Part shown: one piece after another, positions 45,434 through 53,946 of the stretch
Layout of the letters: every line of letters starts with the position of its first letter
Numbering within the stretch: the stretch's first letter is position 1
Virus record (IMG/VR): IMGVR_UViG_3300037440_000313
Span: 1 to 64,000 of that record
Strand: one strand, 5' to 3'
DNA length: 64,000 nucleotides
DNA from: a virus
The notes under the pieces: generated by a model
Databases searched by the model: none
What the model was told of the DNA's origin: nothing
Seen by the model: only the letters and a program-made list of their open reading frames with translations
Made by a program: the position numbers and the translations under genes

Positions 45434-45435
45434 CT

Positions 45436-45462
45436 AGAAGGGGCCTTAGTGCCCCTTCTTTT
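45436..45462. terminator. intrinsic terminator (+ strand U-tract; also follows - strand ORF 45469-45768)
   Basis: AGAAGGGGC (45436-45444) pairs with GCCCCTTCT (45451-45459): a 9-bp stem with a 6-nt loop, followed by TTT. Confidence 0.7.
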
Positions 45463-45468
45463 AGTGCC

Positions 45469-45768
45469 TCAGAAGGCCGGCTCATCTTCATCCTCAGACC
45501 CTAGCTGCTTATCGTCATCCTCATCAGGATTGAAGATCCGATCCCACTCCTCATCATCAATTCCAGTAAGCAACAGCTCACGTTGGCTGGCAGTAAGTTC
45601 AGGTGCCACATCCTGAATAAGACCCCCATGTTGCTGCCAGTGTAAGATCTTAGCAGCAGTTTCCTTCGGGACATTGAGGATATGCAGCTTGCCATCCATC
45701 TTACGAATAGTACATTGACCAGCTTCAACGTCAACCAACTGTAATCCAAATCCAGGTAATGGGGGCAT
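45469..45768 (-). CDS. hypothetical protein (acidic C-terminus)
   Basis: 99-aa track ORF. Confidence 0.55.
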   Translation of the reverse strand: MPPLPGFGLQLVDVEAGQCTIRKMDGKLHILNVPKETAAKILHWQQHGGLIQDVAPELTASQRELLLTGIDDEEWDRIFNPDEDDDKQLGSEDEDEPAF

Positions 45769-45769
45769 C

Positions 45770-46090
45770 CTACTCCTCCTCTTTCGGTTTCATTGTTGCT
45801 GCAGGAGTCATAGAGAAACCAACTCCTCCGGGACCTCCTAGGAACTGATTCTCGTTGAGAGTATAATCAGGTACTACTTCTGCTCTGTAGGTGACATACT
45901 CCTCAACGACACCCGATTGCCAATCAGGAACATCTTGCAGTGACCCTTTCTTGTCAGCATGTTCAATATAGGCAGCTGCAGCATGTGTCTGTGCAGGGGC
46001 TTTACCATACTGCTCGATATACTCTGGCAGAGGTATATCTACCTCAACCGTGTACTCAGCCTCGATCCTCTTAGTGATCTTGAACTTCAT
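45770..46090 (-). CDS. hypothetical protein
   Basis: 106-aa track ORF. Confidence 0.55.
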   Translation of the reverse strand: MKFKITKRIEAEYTVEVDIPLPEYIEQYGKAPAQTHAAAAYIEHADKKGSLQDVPDWQSGVVEEYVTYRAEVVPDYTLNENQFLGGPGGVGFSMTPAATMKPKEEE

Positions 46091-46239
46091 TGCCCATTCC
46101 CCTTATACGTGAATAAAGATATAACAAAGGCCAGCAGGATAGTTACAATACCAATAAGAAGCACCCAAACAGCTACTGGCATAACCCACTGGGTAATAAA
46201 GTAGATCCAGTTTACATCCCACGGGTAAGATACGCTCAT
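46087..46239 (-). CDS. small membrane protein (50 aa, below the track cutoff)
   Basis: ATG 46239 after GGAGAG. Sequence: MSVSYPWDVNWIYFITQWVMPVAVWVLLIGIVTILLAFVISLF.. Its stop overlaps the next start (ATGA). It replaces the out-of-frame track ORF 46103-46294. Confidence 0.5.
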   Translation of the reverse strand: MSVSYPWDVNWIYFITQWVMPVAVWVLLIGIVTILLAFVISLFTYKGNGQ

Positions 46240-46290
46240 GTCTTCTCTCCTGCTGGCCGACAATATTTACCTTGTTATAAGAACAGCGAA

Positions 46291-46611
46291 TCAAGCCGCC
46301 GGGGGAAGATCAGGCTCATCACGCCCGACAACTTCTTCCTCAAGTCCAGTTTTCACTGGCTCCTTCCACTCCTTCTTGTCGTGACTGTAAAGCCATCCAG
46401 TACCGACACGACCTTTCTCGATGAACTCTGTCACAATCTGCTTGTGTCGGCAGTAAGGCACATGCGCAGGGCAATCGCAACTAGACAGGCGTTTATTAAG
46501 CTCATATGCCCCACCGTGATCGCCATCCTTGTTATATTTATGGACGACATATCCTCCAGCATTATCTTCTTCAGTAATGCTATGCACTGTATACCAATCG
46601 TCTTTAGCCAT
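46291..46611 (-). CDS. SWIM zinc-finger protein
   Basis: SCDCPAHVPYCRHKQ fits the CxCxnCxH SWIM signature. Confidence 0.55.
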   Translation of the reverse strand: MAKDDWYTVHSITEEDNAGGYVVHKYNKDGDHGGAYELNKRLSSCDCPAHVPYCRHKQIVTEFIEKGRVGTGWLYSHDKKEWKEPVKTGLEEEVVGRDEPDLPPAA

Positions 46612-46640
46612 AAGGCATCTCCTGTGGTTGGTTTAGTCAG

Positions 46641-46844
46641 TTATAGTTCACTCAAAGCTTCATAGTAGATGTGCTCCAACTTCTCCTTGAGCTGCCCGAT
46701 CAGGACCCACGCGTTCGCTGGTTTAGCTTCATCAAGTGTGTTCCTGATAACTTCAAGCTGCTCCTCAACAGACTGTACTCGCCTGCTTAAATGATCAATA
46801 CGGCTATGTGCTTGACGAGTTTGTTGATCAGACCATGCACCCAT
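46641..46844 (-). CDS. hypothetical coiled-coil protein
   Basis: Start taken at ATG 46844 (GAGGAG RBS, 1 nt after the upstream stop). The upstream part of the track ORF looks like a shadow of 46846-47082. Confidence 0.5.
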   Translation of the reverse strand: MGAWSDQQTRQAHSRIDHLSRRVQSVEEQLEVIRNTLDEAKPANAWVLIGQLKEKLEHIYYEALSEL

Positions 46845-46845
46845 G

Positions 46846-47082
46846 TTAACACTCCTCGAAGTCCCAGCCACGCTCACGCTTATCTGCGCAGCTATTGCAG
46901 TATCCATGATCAGGCATGCCTTGGAAAGTACATCCACACCCTTGACACTTCCGATCAACGAATTGACCCTCGTAGTGCTTAGACCAGACAACGTTACCTT
47001 CGTTGTCAGTGATCTCGTCTTCATCATCCAAGAACTTATTATCGTCATCGTCATCGTCATCGTCATATCGATCACAGTTCAT
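46846..47082 (-). CDS. small Cys-rich (zinc-binding) protein with poly-Asp tract
   Basis: 78 aa. D8 run, then CQGCGC..GYCNSC. Confidence 0.5.
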   Translation of the reverse strand: MNCDRYDDDDDDDDNKFLDDEDEITDNEGNVVWSKHYEGQFVDRKCQGCGCTFQGMPDHGYCNSCADKRERGWDFEEC

Positions 47083-47468
47083 GTCACGTTCTCCTCGAAG
47101 TGCACAACCATCTTAATCGGTCTGATACTATCTACCAAGCGTTGGTCATCGATCTTACGCAGTACCATCTTTACATATTTAACACGGCTTCTATAAATAT
47201 GTAATTGGCGTGCTTTACGTGCTTTGAAATGATCTAACGCCTCTTCTTTAGTTGCCGAGGCAAATTGCTTCTTGGAATTCAGGTTTACCCATCTACGTTC
47301 ATTACAACCGGTATCAATCCATACTCCTTTCGGAGTGCGGCTGAGAACAGGATATTGCCAGAGACTGAGCATAACACCAGTTGCATAGACTTCCATTTCA
47401 GCGTCGACGGTTTCAGATACAGCAGTATCATTGTACCTGTACAACCACTCAATCTCTGGCATAGTCAT
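47079..47468 (-). CDS. hypothetical protein
   Basis: 129-aa track ORF. Confidence 0.55.
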   Translation of the reverse strand: MTMPEIEWLYRYNDTAVSETVDAEMEVYATGVMLSLWQYPVLSRTPKGVWIDTGCNERRWVNLNSKKQFASATKEEALDHFKARKARQLHIYRSRVKYVKMVLRKIDDQRLVDSIRPIKMVVHFEENVT

Positions 47469-47471
47469 AGA

Positions 47472-47639
47472 TCACTTATCCTTCTTGTCAGGACGCTTCA
47501 TAGTAAATTTGTCGCCCTCGTAAAAGTCCTGCATGTGTTTACGCTGCCTATAGACTTTGTAGCCATAGTATGCCATAAACCCAAGGGATATTGCGCCTGC
47601 AATTCCCACAACGGTAAAAAACCAAGCCCAAGGTGTCAT
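47472..47639 (-). CDS. small membrane protein (55 aa, below the track cutoff)
   Basis: ATG 47639 overlaps the upstream stop (ATGA). Sequence: MTPWAWFFTVVGIAGAISLGFMAYYGY followed by a basic tail. Confidence 0.45.
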   Translation of the reverse strand: MTPWAWFFTVVGIAGAISLGFMAYYGYKVYRQRKHMQDFYEGDKFTMKRPDKKDK

Positions 47640-47866
47640 TTGTCTACTAGCTCCACGTTTGTATAAATTGTTCCTTCATCGTCAAAAGTGATTCCAGGCC
47701 CCTCGTAACTCGTCCAAACCTCGAGCTGATTTGGAGCCTTTTGCGCCAGCTCGAGAATGTACTGCTTTGTATCCTCCTCACTTAAAGTATCAGGTACATA
47801 TAGGCTTGCTAGAAGCTGCTCGTAACGAACATACTTACGTGTGACAACTGCTGAGACCCTCTTCAC
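47636..47866 (-). CDS. hypothetical protein
   Basis: 76-aa track ORF with a GTG start. Confidence 0.5.
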   Translation of the reverse strand: MKRVSAVVTRKYVRYEQLLASLYVPDTLSEEDTKQYILELAQKAPNQLEVWTSYEGPGITFDDEGTIYTNVELVDK

Positions 47867-48159
47867 CTGACTACCTCCAGTTTATGATTTAGTTGGCCAC
47901 CCCTACGTAGCGCATTGATGTAGTTGTCAATACGCACTTGATGTGCACGTGAAAGGGGTGTCCAATCCATGTCATCTAAGTCAGCATTGCTACCTACTCG
48001 ATAATGTACTTTCCTGTAAGCAGCCAATCGATCGAGCTTCTCGGTTGTAGGAAGCCCCTTCAGGCTTTCGCGAAACTTCTGCCACGCAGGATCCTTCACA
48101 TAAGAGAGGATCTCAGTGCGATACATAGGTCTAACAGGATATGGCCACTTACGCATCAT
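47863..48159 (-). CDS. hypothetical protein
   Basis: 98-aa track ORF with 4-nt overlaps at both ends. Confidence 0.55.
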   Translation of the reverse strand: MMRKWPYPVRPMYRTEILSYVKDPAWQKFRESLKGLPTTEKLDRLAAYRKVHYRVGSNADLDDMDWTPLSRAHQVRIDNYINALRRGGQLNHKLEVVR

Positions 48160-48391
48160 CAGACTTCTTCCACCCTAGATCATTCCGGTAGATAATACCA
48201 CTAGAGTGCTCTACAGGCTCATCTAGTATGTATTCACCAGGAAGTTCCGTACTGCAGTCCTCAAGCCATGGTGAGCCACAGCACCCGCAGCCGCCGATCT
48301 TGATCTTATGGCGGCGAGTAAGCTCGTTCAGCTCTTGGAGGAATCCATCCATACGAGCTATGATCTTCTCGTCTTTGGGTTTTGTGCTCAT
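48149..48391 (-). CDS. hypothetical protein with GGCGCCG motif
   Basis: 80-aa track ORF. Confidence 0.5.
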   Translation of the reverse strand: MSTKPKDEKIIARMDGFLQELNELTRRHKIKIGGCGCCGSPWLEDCSTELPGEYILDEPVEHSSGIIYRNDLGWKKSDDA

Positions 48392-48636
48392 TTCTTAATC
48401 CCCAGGATCTCTCGAGCATCTCCCGCTTGCTCAAGCAGTCGTATCTTTTCCTGAGCAACGAAAGTAGCAATAAACATAAGCAGATGATCTCCAGGAACTT
48501 CTACCTCATCGATCATCACACCACCATGAGCTCGGATGATAGTAACATTACCAGAGAGATCAGAGTTACAATGGAACCTGGTGACCGAACCAACTGTTTC
48601 CGTGTCACCATCATCAGAATAAGTGTAAGTGTGCAT
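48388..48636 (-). CDS. hypothetical protein
   Basis: Start taken at ATG 48636 (GAGG RBS, just after the upstream stop). The track ORF reaches 48726. Confidence 0.5.
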   Translation of the reverse strand: MHTYTYSDDGDTETVGSVTRFHCNSDLSGNVTIIRAHGGVMIDEVEVPGDHLLMFIATFVAQEKIRLLEQAGDAREILGIKK

Positions 48637-48640
48637 GAGA

Positions 48641-48904
48641 TTATACCTCGAGCGCCTGCTTAGCTGTAATGACTCCGTTCTCGATCTCCAGAACACGGAA
48701 TGCAATTTCTCCATCGATAAAGACATTCATATCCATGTCCATGTCTTGTGGGTTATGGTAAATGTCCTTATCGATAGGATAGTAGTCAATGTTGCAACCT
48801 GGATAGGTGTACTCGATACACTCCTTCATGACCGCAAGCTTATCAAAGAGCCATGCTTGATTTGAACGCGAGTGTACCAACTTCCAATAAGGTTGCTTAG
48901 ACAT
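48641..48904 (-). CDS. hypothetical protein
   Basis: 87-aa track ORF with an AAAGGAGCAGGAG RBS. A promoter lies upstream. Confidence 0.55.
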   Translation of the reverse strand: MSKQPYWKLVHSRSNQAWLFDKLAVMKECIEYTYPGCNIDYYPIDKDIYHNPQDMDMDMNVFIDGEIAFRVLEIENGVITAKQALEV

Positions 48905-48936
48905 TGACTACTCCTGCTCCTTTTCAATCATACCTT

Positions 48937-48966
48937 ATTTTAAAACAACGGTTCACTGGTAATCAA
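48937..48966 (-). promoter_or_regulatory. sigma70-like promoter
   Basis: On the - strand: TTGATT (48966-48961), 18-nt spacer, TAAAAT (48942-48937). A TTGACA also lies 2 nt upstream. Confidence 0.45.
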
Positions 48967-48987
48967 GTGTCAAAATATTGACCATGA

Positions 48988-49329
48988 TCACGGTTGGTCG
49001 TAGTCGTGATTGTCTGTCTGTTCACCTAATTCAGCCAGCGTAGGATCTACACGTTCTCCTTGCGTCGCTTCAGGAATAGAGTTCCCCAGCTCATCCGTTT
49101 TACCGTACAGATGCTGGCTGAGCATTTTATACATTGCTTCAGCATTCGTAGTAGTCATCCAAAATGCATTCCTAGGCACATCGGGAGAGTCTGACCCTAG
49201 GCTCTCCATCATAGTGAATCGATATCCATCATCAACCTCCATTATATAGAAACAGTTGACGTGGATCGCAGGAGCACCCAACTGTTGGATGAGCATGCTC
49301 CGGCGTTTTGCTATATCACTTATCTCCAT
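48988..49329 (-). CDS. hypothetical protein
   Basis: 113-aa track ORF. Confidence 0.55.
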   Translation of the reverse strand: MEISDIAKRRSMLIQQLGAPAIHVNCFYIMEVDDGYRFTMMESLGSDSPDVPRNAFWMTTTNAEAMYKMLSQHLYGKTDELGNSIPEATQGERVDPTLAELGEQTDNHDYDQP

Positions 49330-49336
49330 GACGAAG

Positions 49337-49627
49337 TTACTCCACGTCCATCATCTTGATAGACAGATCAGTGTCTACCCTGAGCTCATGAACTGCAAGA
49401 TCTGCATCCATGTTGAACGCTTCCTGAACAGTTTCGTCATACGATTCAGGAATCATGTCGGGATCCGGTTCTGAATTTTCGCCTTCATCTTCAGGATCCG
49501 TCACAAATGGGTTGAACTCATGTGCGAGGACAGCTGCTTTCCAGTCTTCTGCCCGAGTAAGTTCTACCTTAAGATCAGCTTCGGCATTACAAATTGCTAC
49601 CACAAACGTCTTCATAGTCAACCTCAT
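49337..49627 (-). CDS. hypothetical acidic protein
   Basis: 96-aa track ORF. Confidence 0.55.
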   Translation of the reverse strand: MRLTMKTFVVAICNAEADLKVELTRAEDWKAAVLAHEFNPFVTDPEDEGENSEPDPDMIPESYDETVQEAFNMDADLAVHELRVDTDLSIKMMDVE

Positions 49628-49649
49628 TGTTAAGTTGGTATTACTTCTA

Positions 49650-49916
49650 CTACTTGTCTACGTAATAGTCTACTAACCTGCGCCCAGCATGTCGTTCACA
49701 AAGAAGCTCTCCATCAACGTCATATAAGGCAATCATTTTGCACCGGGCTAAGTCATATCTGCTATACTTACTGGTATAGCTTCCTTCAGTGCGCCGATGC
49801 ACGCACCGAGGTTTCTGGAAGTTCCATTTAAGATGACTGTGATCCAACTTCTTCACGGATAACCGGCTGGATGAGGACTGGCTCGAACGCTTTGTAGATT
49901 GCCGAGTTCCCGCCAT
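49650..49916 (-). CDS. hypothetical basic protein
   Basis: 88-aa track ORF that overlaps the queD 3' end by 89 nt. GTG 49856 is an alternative start. Confidence 0.4.
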   Translation of the reverse strand: MAGTRQSTKRSSQSSSSRLSVKKLDHSHLKWNFQKPRCVHRRTEGSYTSKYSRYDLARCKMIALYDVDGELLCERHAGRRLVDYYVDK

Positions 49917-50364
49917 GCTCTCGCACCTCTACCTCAACCAAGTTACATCTAGGATAGTATCCATTATCTTCAAGCCAGATGCGAGTCGACTCATAGATCA
50001 TCCGAGCAAAAGCTTCACATCCAGTAGCAGGAACCTCTACCATTTGGATCAAGCCTATCAGGTCTAGACGTCTAAACTCATCAATTAGTGGATCATCCTT
50101 GGCAACCAAAGTTTTATGATCAAACGTCCACTCGAGCATCGTCTTCAAGCTTTTCAGTGAACCAAAATCAACCACCCAGTTGCGCACATCAAGTTCGCGA
50201 GATTCAAAGGTGAACTTGATCTCCAGTGCGTATCCGTGCAGATACTTGCAATGCGACTCAGCACGCCATTGCCTAAACGCTGCAGAAAGTCCAACGTTGT
50301 GGCAGAACGTTTTAGTTGATTGATAAACGTGCGCTGGCCCAGCTAATGTCTTGATTTCGTCCAT
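49828..50364 (-). CDS. queD: 6-carboxy-5,6,7,8-tetrahydropterin synthase
   Basis: TFCHNVGLSAAFRQW..HCKYLHGYALEIKFTFES..LDVRNWVVDFGSLK matches the QueD/PTPS His-Cys-His pattern. Confidence 0.8.
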   Translation of the reverse strand: MDEIKTLAGPAHVYQSTKTFCHNVGLSAAFRQWRAESHCKYLHGYALEIKFTFESRELDVRNWVVDFGSLKSLKTMLEWTFDHKTLVAKDDPLIDEFRRLDLIGLIQMVEVPATGCEAFARMIYESTRIWLEDNGYYPRCNLVEVEVREHGGNSAIYKAFEPVLIQPVIREEVGSQSS

Positions 50365-50686
50365 AAGGAACTTCCCATCCTTTAGTTTTGTGTCTAATCA
50401 AATATACCGAGGGGAGCTTGATGATCTCTGCCCAAGGGAAGAGCATCTTCTTCATGATGTTGATTACCTGCTCATCAACACTCTCCTGCGGAATATAGCC
50501 TTCCGGAGCAAACAAGAAGATCAAAGAGTGCTGACGAGCAATAAGAGATCTCCTGTCAACTACCCAATAGCTATCTCTGACAATCTTATCTGCTCTGCAA
50601 GGTACTTGTGCTTGCTGTAATGAGAACCTCCTGATTGTAGGAGAATCAGGGTGGATCACTACATACCTTCGACCATCCATCTTCAT
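50312..50686 (-). CDS. hypothetical protein
   Basis: Start taken at ATG 50686, 2 nt after the upstream stop. It overlaps the queD start by 53 nt. Confidence 0.5.
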   Translation of the reverse strand: MKMDGRRYVVIHPDSPTIRRFSLQQAQVPCRADKIVRDSYWVVDRRSLIARQHSLIFLFAPEGYIPQESVDEQVINIMKKMLFPWAEIIKLPSVYLIRHKTKGWEVPYGRNQDISWASARLSIN

Positions 50687-50688
50687 TA

Positions 50689-50976
50689 CTAACTCGACCT
50701 CTTTACGTGAGACTCCCAATTTGCTAACCCGTTACCAGCTTCTCGGACCAGCCTCACGGCAAGAGCCTTAGTAACATATAATACACCCGACTTCGCAGGA
50801 TCTATATGATTACTGATCTCAATCCGAGCCACATCACGGTTTTGGACTTTCAACTGTAGCCGACAATGGATCTCCAAGTCACGGCTATGCTCTCCCTGGT
50901 GTACAGTTTCCATTATCAGTTCATTCTCACTACTGTAACACCGAACTGTATAGTCCCATTTCCGACTCATGATCAT
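50689..50976 (-). CDS. hypothetical protein
   Basis: 95-aa track ORF. Confidence 0.55.
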   Translation of the reverse strand: MIMSRKWDYTVRCYSSENELIMETVHQGEHSRDLEIHCRLQLKVQNRDVARIEISNHIDPAKSGVLYVTKALAVRLVREAGNGLANWESHVKRSS

Positions 50977-51021
50977 AATTCCTGTCTTCTCTAATAGGCA
51001 TACTGAGATGAACTAGCTTGG

Positions 51022-51240
51022 CTACAGCACTTTCATTGCATCCAGAAGTGCATACCCCTTCTCTGTAGGACGAATGAGCTGCTGCTCAACATCGAGTTCT
51101 AAGTAGTCAGGCATTTCACCGACTACCCTTTTGGTCATGAACATTAGGACATCAGACACAGTAGCCCACTCACGCCCCTTCATAGATCTCTCGACAAGCT
51201 TCAAGAAGCCCTTTTGCTCATCTGTAAGTTTCTTGTCCAT
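51022..51240 (-). CDS. hypothetical protein
   Basis: 72-aa track ORF. Confidence 0.55.
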   Translation of the reverse strand: MDKKLTDEQKGFLKLVERSMKGREWATVSDVLMFMTKRVVGEMPDYLELDVEQQLIRPTEKGYALLDAMKVL

Positions 51241-51252
51241 AAGGCACCTCTC

Positions 51253-51528
51253 CTATTTAGCTAGGAATTTATCGACCTCATCTACATGCACGATGCTTCC
51301 AGGCTTAACCCAAACCTCGTTCAGGCACAAGTGCTCTGTCTGATATTCAATAGTAGGTGCACCTTGACTTGCAACCCACTTGTACTGGGGAGTGGTGTGC
51401 TCCTCAGTTAGTGTGCAGATCTTTGTGTACCCACGTTGGCCCATTTGAGTATCACTATCTGCTAGGGCTTTGAATCCCCAAACAATAACAACAGCCGTAC
51501 TTAAACCAACTATTATCGACTTTACCAT
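51253..51528 (-). CDS. secreted or membrane-anchored small protein
   Basis: 91 aa with an N-terminal hydrophobic signal-like segment, MVKSIIVGLSTAVVIVWGFKALA. Confidence 0.55.
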   Translation of the reverse strand: MVKSIIVGLSTAVVIVWGFKALADSDTQMGQRGYTKICTLTEEHTTPQYKWVASQGAPTIEYQTEHLCLNEVWVKPGSIVHVDEVDKFLAK

Positions 51529-51542
51529 GTCTATACCCCCAC

Positions 51543-51875
51543 TTATTTAATTGCGTCTTCTATTACAGTTCCATCAACCAAATAGCTTTTGATCTCCTGA
51601 GCCCACCCCCTTGGTTTATGATGTATAAATGCGTCACGCGTAGCCCCTGTCTCGAATCCCCAACATACCATGTTGCTTACAGGAATAACAAGCACACGTA
51701 CCCCAAATAGCACTGGCTCTAAATGCATTGGCTTTAAGCGATATGACTCCAGAGCCGGAAGGTACACCCTATAAGCATAGGTATCCTTCTTACTCTTAAG
51801 AAACCGCAGGTTGTCAAGCCTGAACATCTTCTCTGATCGCTTAAGTTTCTTTTGCCTTTCAGCTAAAGGCCTCAT
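51543..51875 (-). CDS. hypothetical protein
   Basis: 110-aa track ORF. Confidence 0.55.
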   Translation of the reverse strand: MRPLAERQKKLKRSEKMFRLDNLRFLKSKKDTYAYRVYLPALESYRLKPMHLEPVLFGVRVLVIPVSNMVCWGFETGATRDAFIHHKPRGWAQEIKSYLVDGTVIEDAIK

Positions 51876-52477
51876 CCTTCATCTCCCGTGGCTCCTGCAG
51901 CACGGGCATCAGCTGTTTCCTTTGCCCGTTTTAGCTTATCCTTAAGGAAGTGACTACGCTTGTTATTACCTTGCTCTTTAGGTGTAGCCCACCTTACATT
52001 TCCGACTTCGTAGTTCTTGAAGGGGTTTTCTCTGTCAAGCGTGTGCCGCTTTGAAGGGGCTGGTCCGACGTATTTAATAAACGCCGTAAATGCTTTGAGA
52101 TTAACCACAAATGATACAGCATTCCCACCATCACGCCAAGCATCGCACACAGCAACACCAGCTCCACCATAGTACTCGTATGATACATGAGTTGAGTCAT
52201 AGCACCTCCGATTCATCATTTTCCAGATCGTGTACTCACGTGGGTGCTCAGTTACTATTGTCCGTCTACTACACCCACAGTCGAGCTTTGGATTATCTCG
52301 CCTAAACAAATACTGTTCGCGAAGCTTGAACGGTTTTGAACCACAAGAGCATTTCACAATCCAAAACGCACCGTATACCCCCTTAGGGTTAGGTGACCTG
52401 TACTGAATAAGTAACTTACCAAACATGTCTCCAGGTTTGGCTCTTAGCAACTTATTCGGGTGTGTCTTCTTTGCCAT
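51872..52477 (-). CDS. HNH-family endonuclease (free-standing, homing-type)
   Basis: Start taken at ATG 52477. FGKLLIQ..WIVKCSCGS..LDCGCS, YYGGAGVAVCDAW and NVRWATPKEQGNNKR match the common phage HNH pattern. Confidence 0.6.
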   Translation of the reverse strand: MAKKTHPNKLLRAKPGDMFGKLLIQYRSPNPKGVYGAFWIVKCSCGSKPFKLREQYLFRRDNPKLDCGCSRRTIVTEHPREYTIWKMMNRRCYDSTHVSYEYYGGAGVAVCDAWRDGGNAVSFVVNLKAFTAFIKYVGPAPSKRHTLDRENPFKNYEVGNVRWATPKEQGNNKRSHFLKDKLKRAKETADARAAGATGDEG

Positions 52478-52835
52478 AGCCCTTGAATACCTGCTTGAAG
52501 TTGACTTTGTGTCGTTTACCTTCATGCGTTACGAACCCAGAAGTGGTAACCTCTAACCCCTTCCTAGTTACCTCAGTGGTATTATTCAAGCATTGAAGTG
52601 CATATTCACCTGGAGGCAAATCTTCACCTACACGTTCAGGCAATGTCTCTATAAGTAGACGATCGACTTCTTTCTTGATTCGCTCCCAATCCATGATAGC
52701 CATCGTCATAGACGCCTGATCATCAGTAGTCATATCGACTAGAAGGAGCTTGACTACGCCAAAGCCATGTTTACTTCGTGTAAGCTCTACACGTTCGAGC
52801 CTGCACTCAGCATTCTGATTTACGAAGAACCTCAT
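52452..52835 (-). CDS. hypothetical protein
   Basis: 127-aa track ORF. Confidence 0.55.
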   Translation of the reverse strand: MRFFVNQNAECRLERVELTRSKHGFGVVKLLLVDMTTDDQASMTMAIMDWERIKKEVDRLLIETLPERVGEDLPPGEYALQCLNNTTEVTRKGLEVTTSGFVTHEGKRHKVNFKQVFKGYGKEDTPE

Positions 52836-52841
52836 TGGTTA

Positions 52842-53138
52842 TCAATCCTTCCTTACAGCAAGATTCTTACGTGCCCACCTTCGTGAATTCCGTATGTCAC
52901 GAGCAAGCTGATTTGTAATATGCGCGGCTTCCTCATCCCTGAACCCTTGCAGGTTAGCACGGTATGTTTCTACCAGATCCGGATGATTATTTGTGCCAGA
53001 GACTTCAATGTGCATCTCTTCCGTAAGGAAACATTCCTCGCACAGAATAAACTCTTCGCCAGGAGAGTATAAGGACGACTCTCCTGTAACCACCTCAGGC
53101 TTGAGTTCCTTGGTGCAATTGGCGCAAATCTTAGTCAT
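52842..53138 (-). CDS. small zinc-ribbon protein
   Basis: 98 aa with CANC...CEEC. Confidence 0.5.
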   Translation of the reverse strand: MTKICANCTKELKPEVVTGESSLYSPGEEFILCEECFLTEEMHIEVSGTNNHPDLVETYRANLQGFRDEEAAHITNQLARDIRNSRRWARKNLAVRKD

Positions 53139-53142
53139 AATA

Positions 53143-53424
53143 CTATCTTCCTTTAAGGATCATGTCATCCCACATATGGAGCATTATACTGTCAGGAGCC
53201 ATACGTTCTCTAAGATCACCTACCCAGTCTAAACCTTTTGTGGTATTCATGAGGTAAGGTTCAAGTAGAATAGCTACCGCGTCAAATTGATAGCCAGCAA
53301 GTTGCTGCCCGGGCTCGAGGATCTTTATGTTTGACTCATGCTGCTCAAACAGCTGCTTAACCCCCTTTACCATAGGATAAGGTAGCACCAAGCCAGTTCT
53401 ATTAGACCTCTCCATTTTAATCAT
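53143..53424 (-). CDS. hypothetical protein
   Basis: Start taken at ATG 53424 (GGGAG RBS at 7-nt spacing). The track ORF opens at TTG 53472. Confidence 0.5.
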   Translation of the reverse strand: MIKMERSNRTGLVLPYPMVKGVKQLFEQHESNIKILEPGQQLAGYQFDAVAILLEPYLMNTTKGLDWVGDLRERMAPDSIMLHMWDDMILKGR

Positions 53425-53472
53425 GTAACATCTCCCTAGGTTATTTGGAGGATAGACATCCAGTCGCACCAA

Positions 53473-53498
53473 GTAGACTAAGCCACACCCTAGTCTAC
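53473..53498. other. 8-bp perfect hairpin
   Basis: GTAGACTA (53473-53480) pairs with TAGTCTAC (53491-53498), with a 10-nt loop. It lies between the terminator at 53548 and the next gene. Confidence 0.5.
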
Positions 53499-53547
53499 GA
53501 GAAGCGGTCGTACTCCCAGATATCTACCCATCAAATAACCTCGTTCG

Positions 53548-53586
53548 AAAAAGTTGGGGTGAGCGCTTTATGGGCTAACTCACCCC
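53548..53586 (-). terminator. intrinsic terminator (- strand)
   Basis: On the - strand: GGGGTGAG (53586-53579) pairs with CTCACCCC (53563-53556), followed by AACTTTTTCG (T-run 53552-53548). Confidence 0.65.
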
Positions 53587-53871
53587 AAGTGGGAGGAACA
53601 CTATATGTGCACAAGGGGACAATGCACGTGAGCCTCGGGAGGATCTGCAGGAGTAAGACATCCCCTTAGTCTGTTAACTACCAGTAGTGGAGTGACACCA
53701 TCCTGCACGCACAACCATCGTCGAATGAATATCACTCCACACTCTCCCGGTAGGAAGCTCTAAAAACTTACCGCGGGGCATAGCACCGTATTGATACATA
53801 CAGGTGTGTCGACATAGTGTATCACGCTAGTCTGCAACCTGATACCGCTATACCCCTGGGTAAATTCTTAG
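53548..53871 (-). ncRNA. candidate structured non-coding RNA or long structured 3' UTR
   Basis: About 320 nt without a credible ORF. On the - strand it forms stacked helices: 7 bp CTACCGG/CTGGTAG enclosing 9 bp GTGGAGTGA/TCACTCCAC. Competing stems AAGGGGA/TCCCCTT and GTGCA/TGCAC are also present. It ends in the terminator. Confidence 0.3.
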
Positions 53872-53946
53872 TTACAGCCCTCCGAGAAATGCACCGATGA
53901 ACGCTGCAGCTGCTATGAGAAACAACGTTAGCTCGTACTCATTCAT
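53872..53946 (-). CDS. possible 24-aa hydrophobic peptide
   Basis: MNEYELTLFLIAAAAFIGAFLGGL. Its ATG overlaps the upstream stop (ATGAATGA context). It is very short, so confidence is low. Confidence 0.25.
   Translation of the reverse strand: MNEYELTLFLIAAAAFIGAFLGGL

Noticed and set aside
53541-53552. tRNA-like T-loop words: GTTCGAA at ~53543 and TGGTCGAACCA at ~63100.
   Set aside because: No acceptor, D or anticodon arms could be drawn around either. The first is part of the terminator's A/T run. No tRNA is called.
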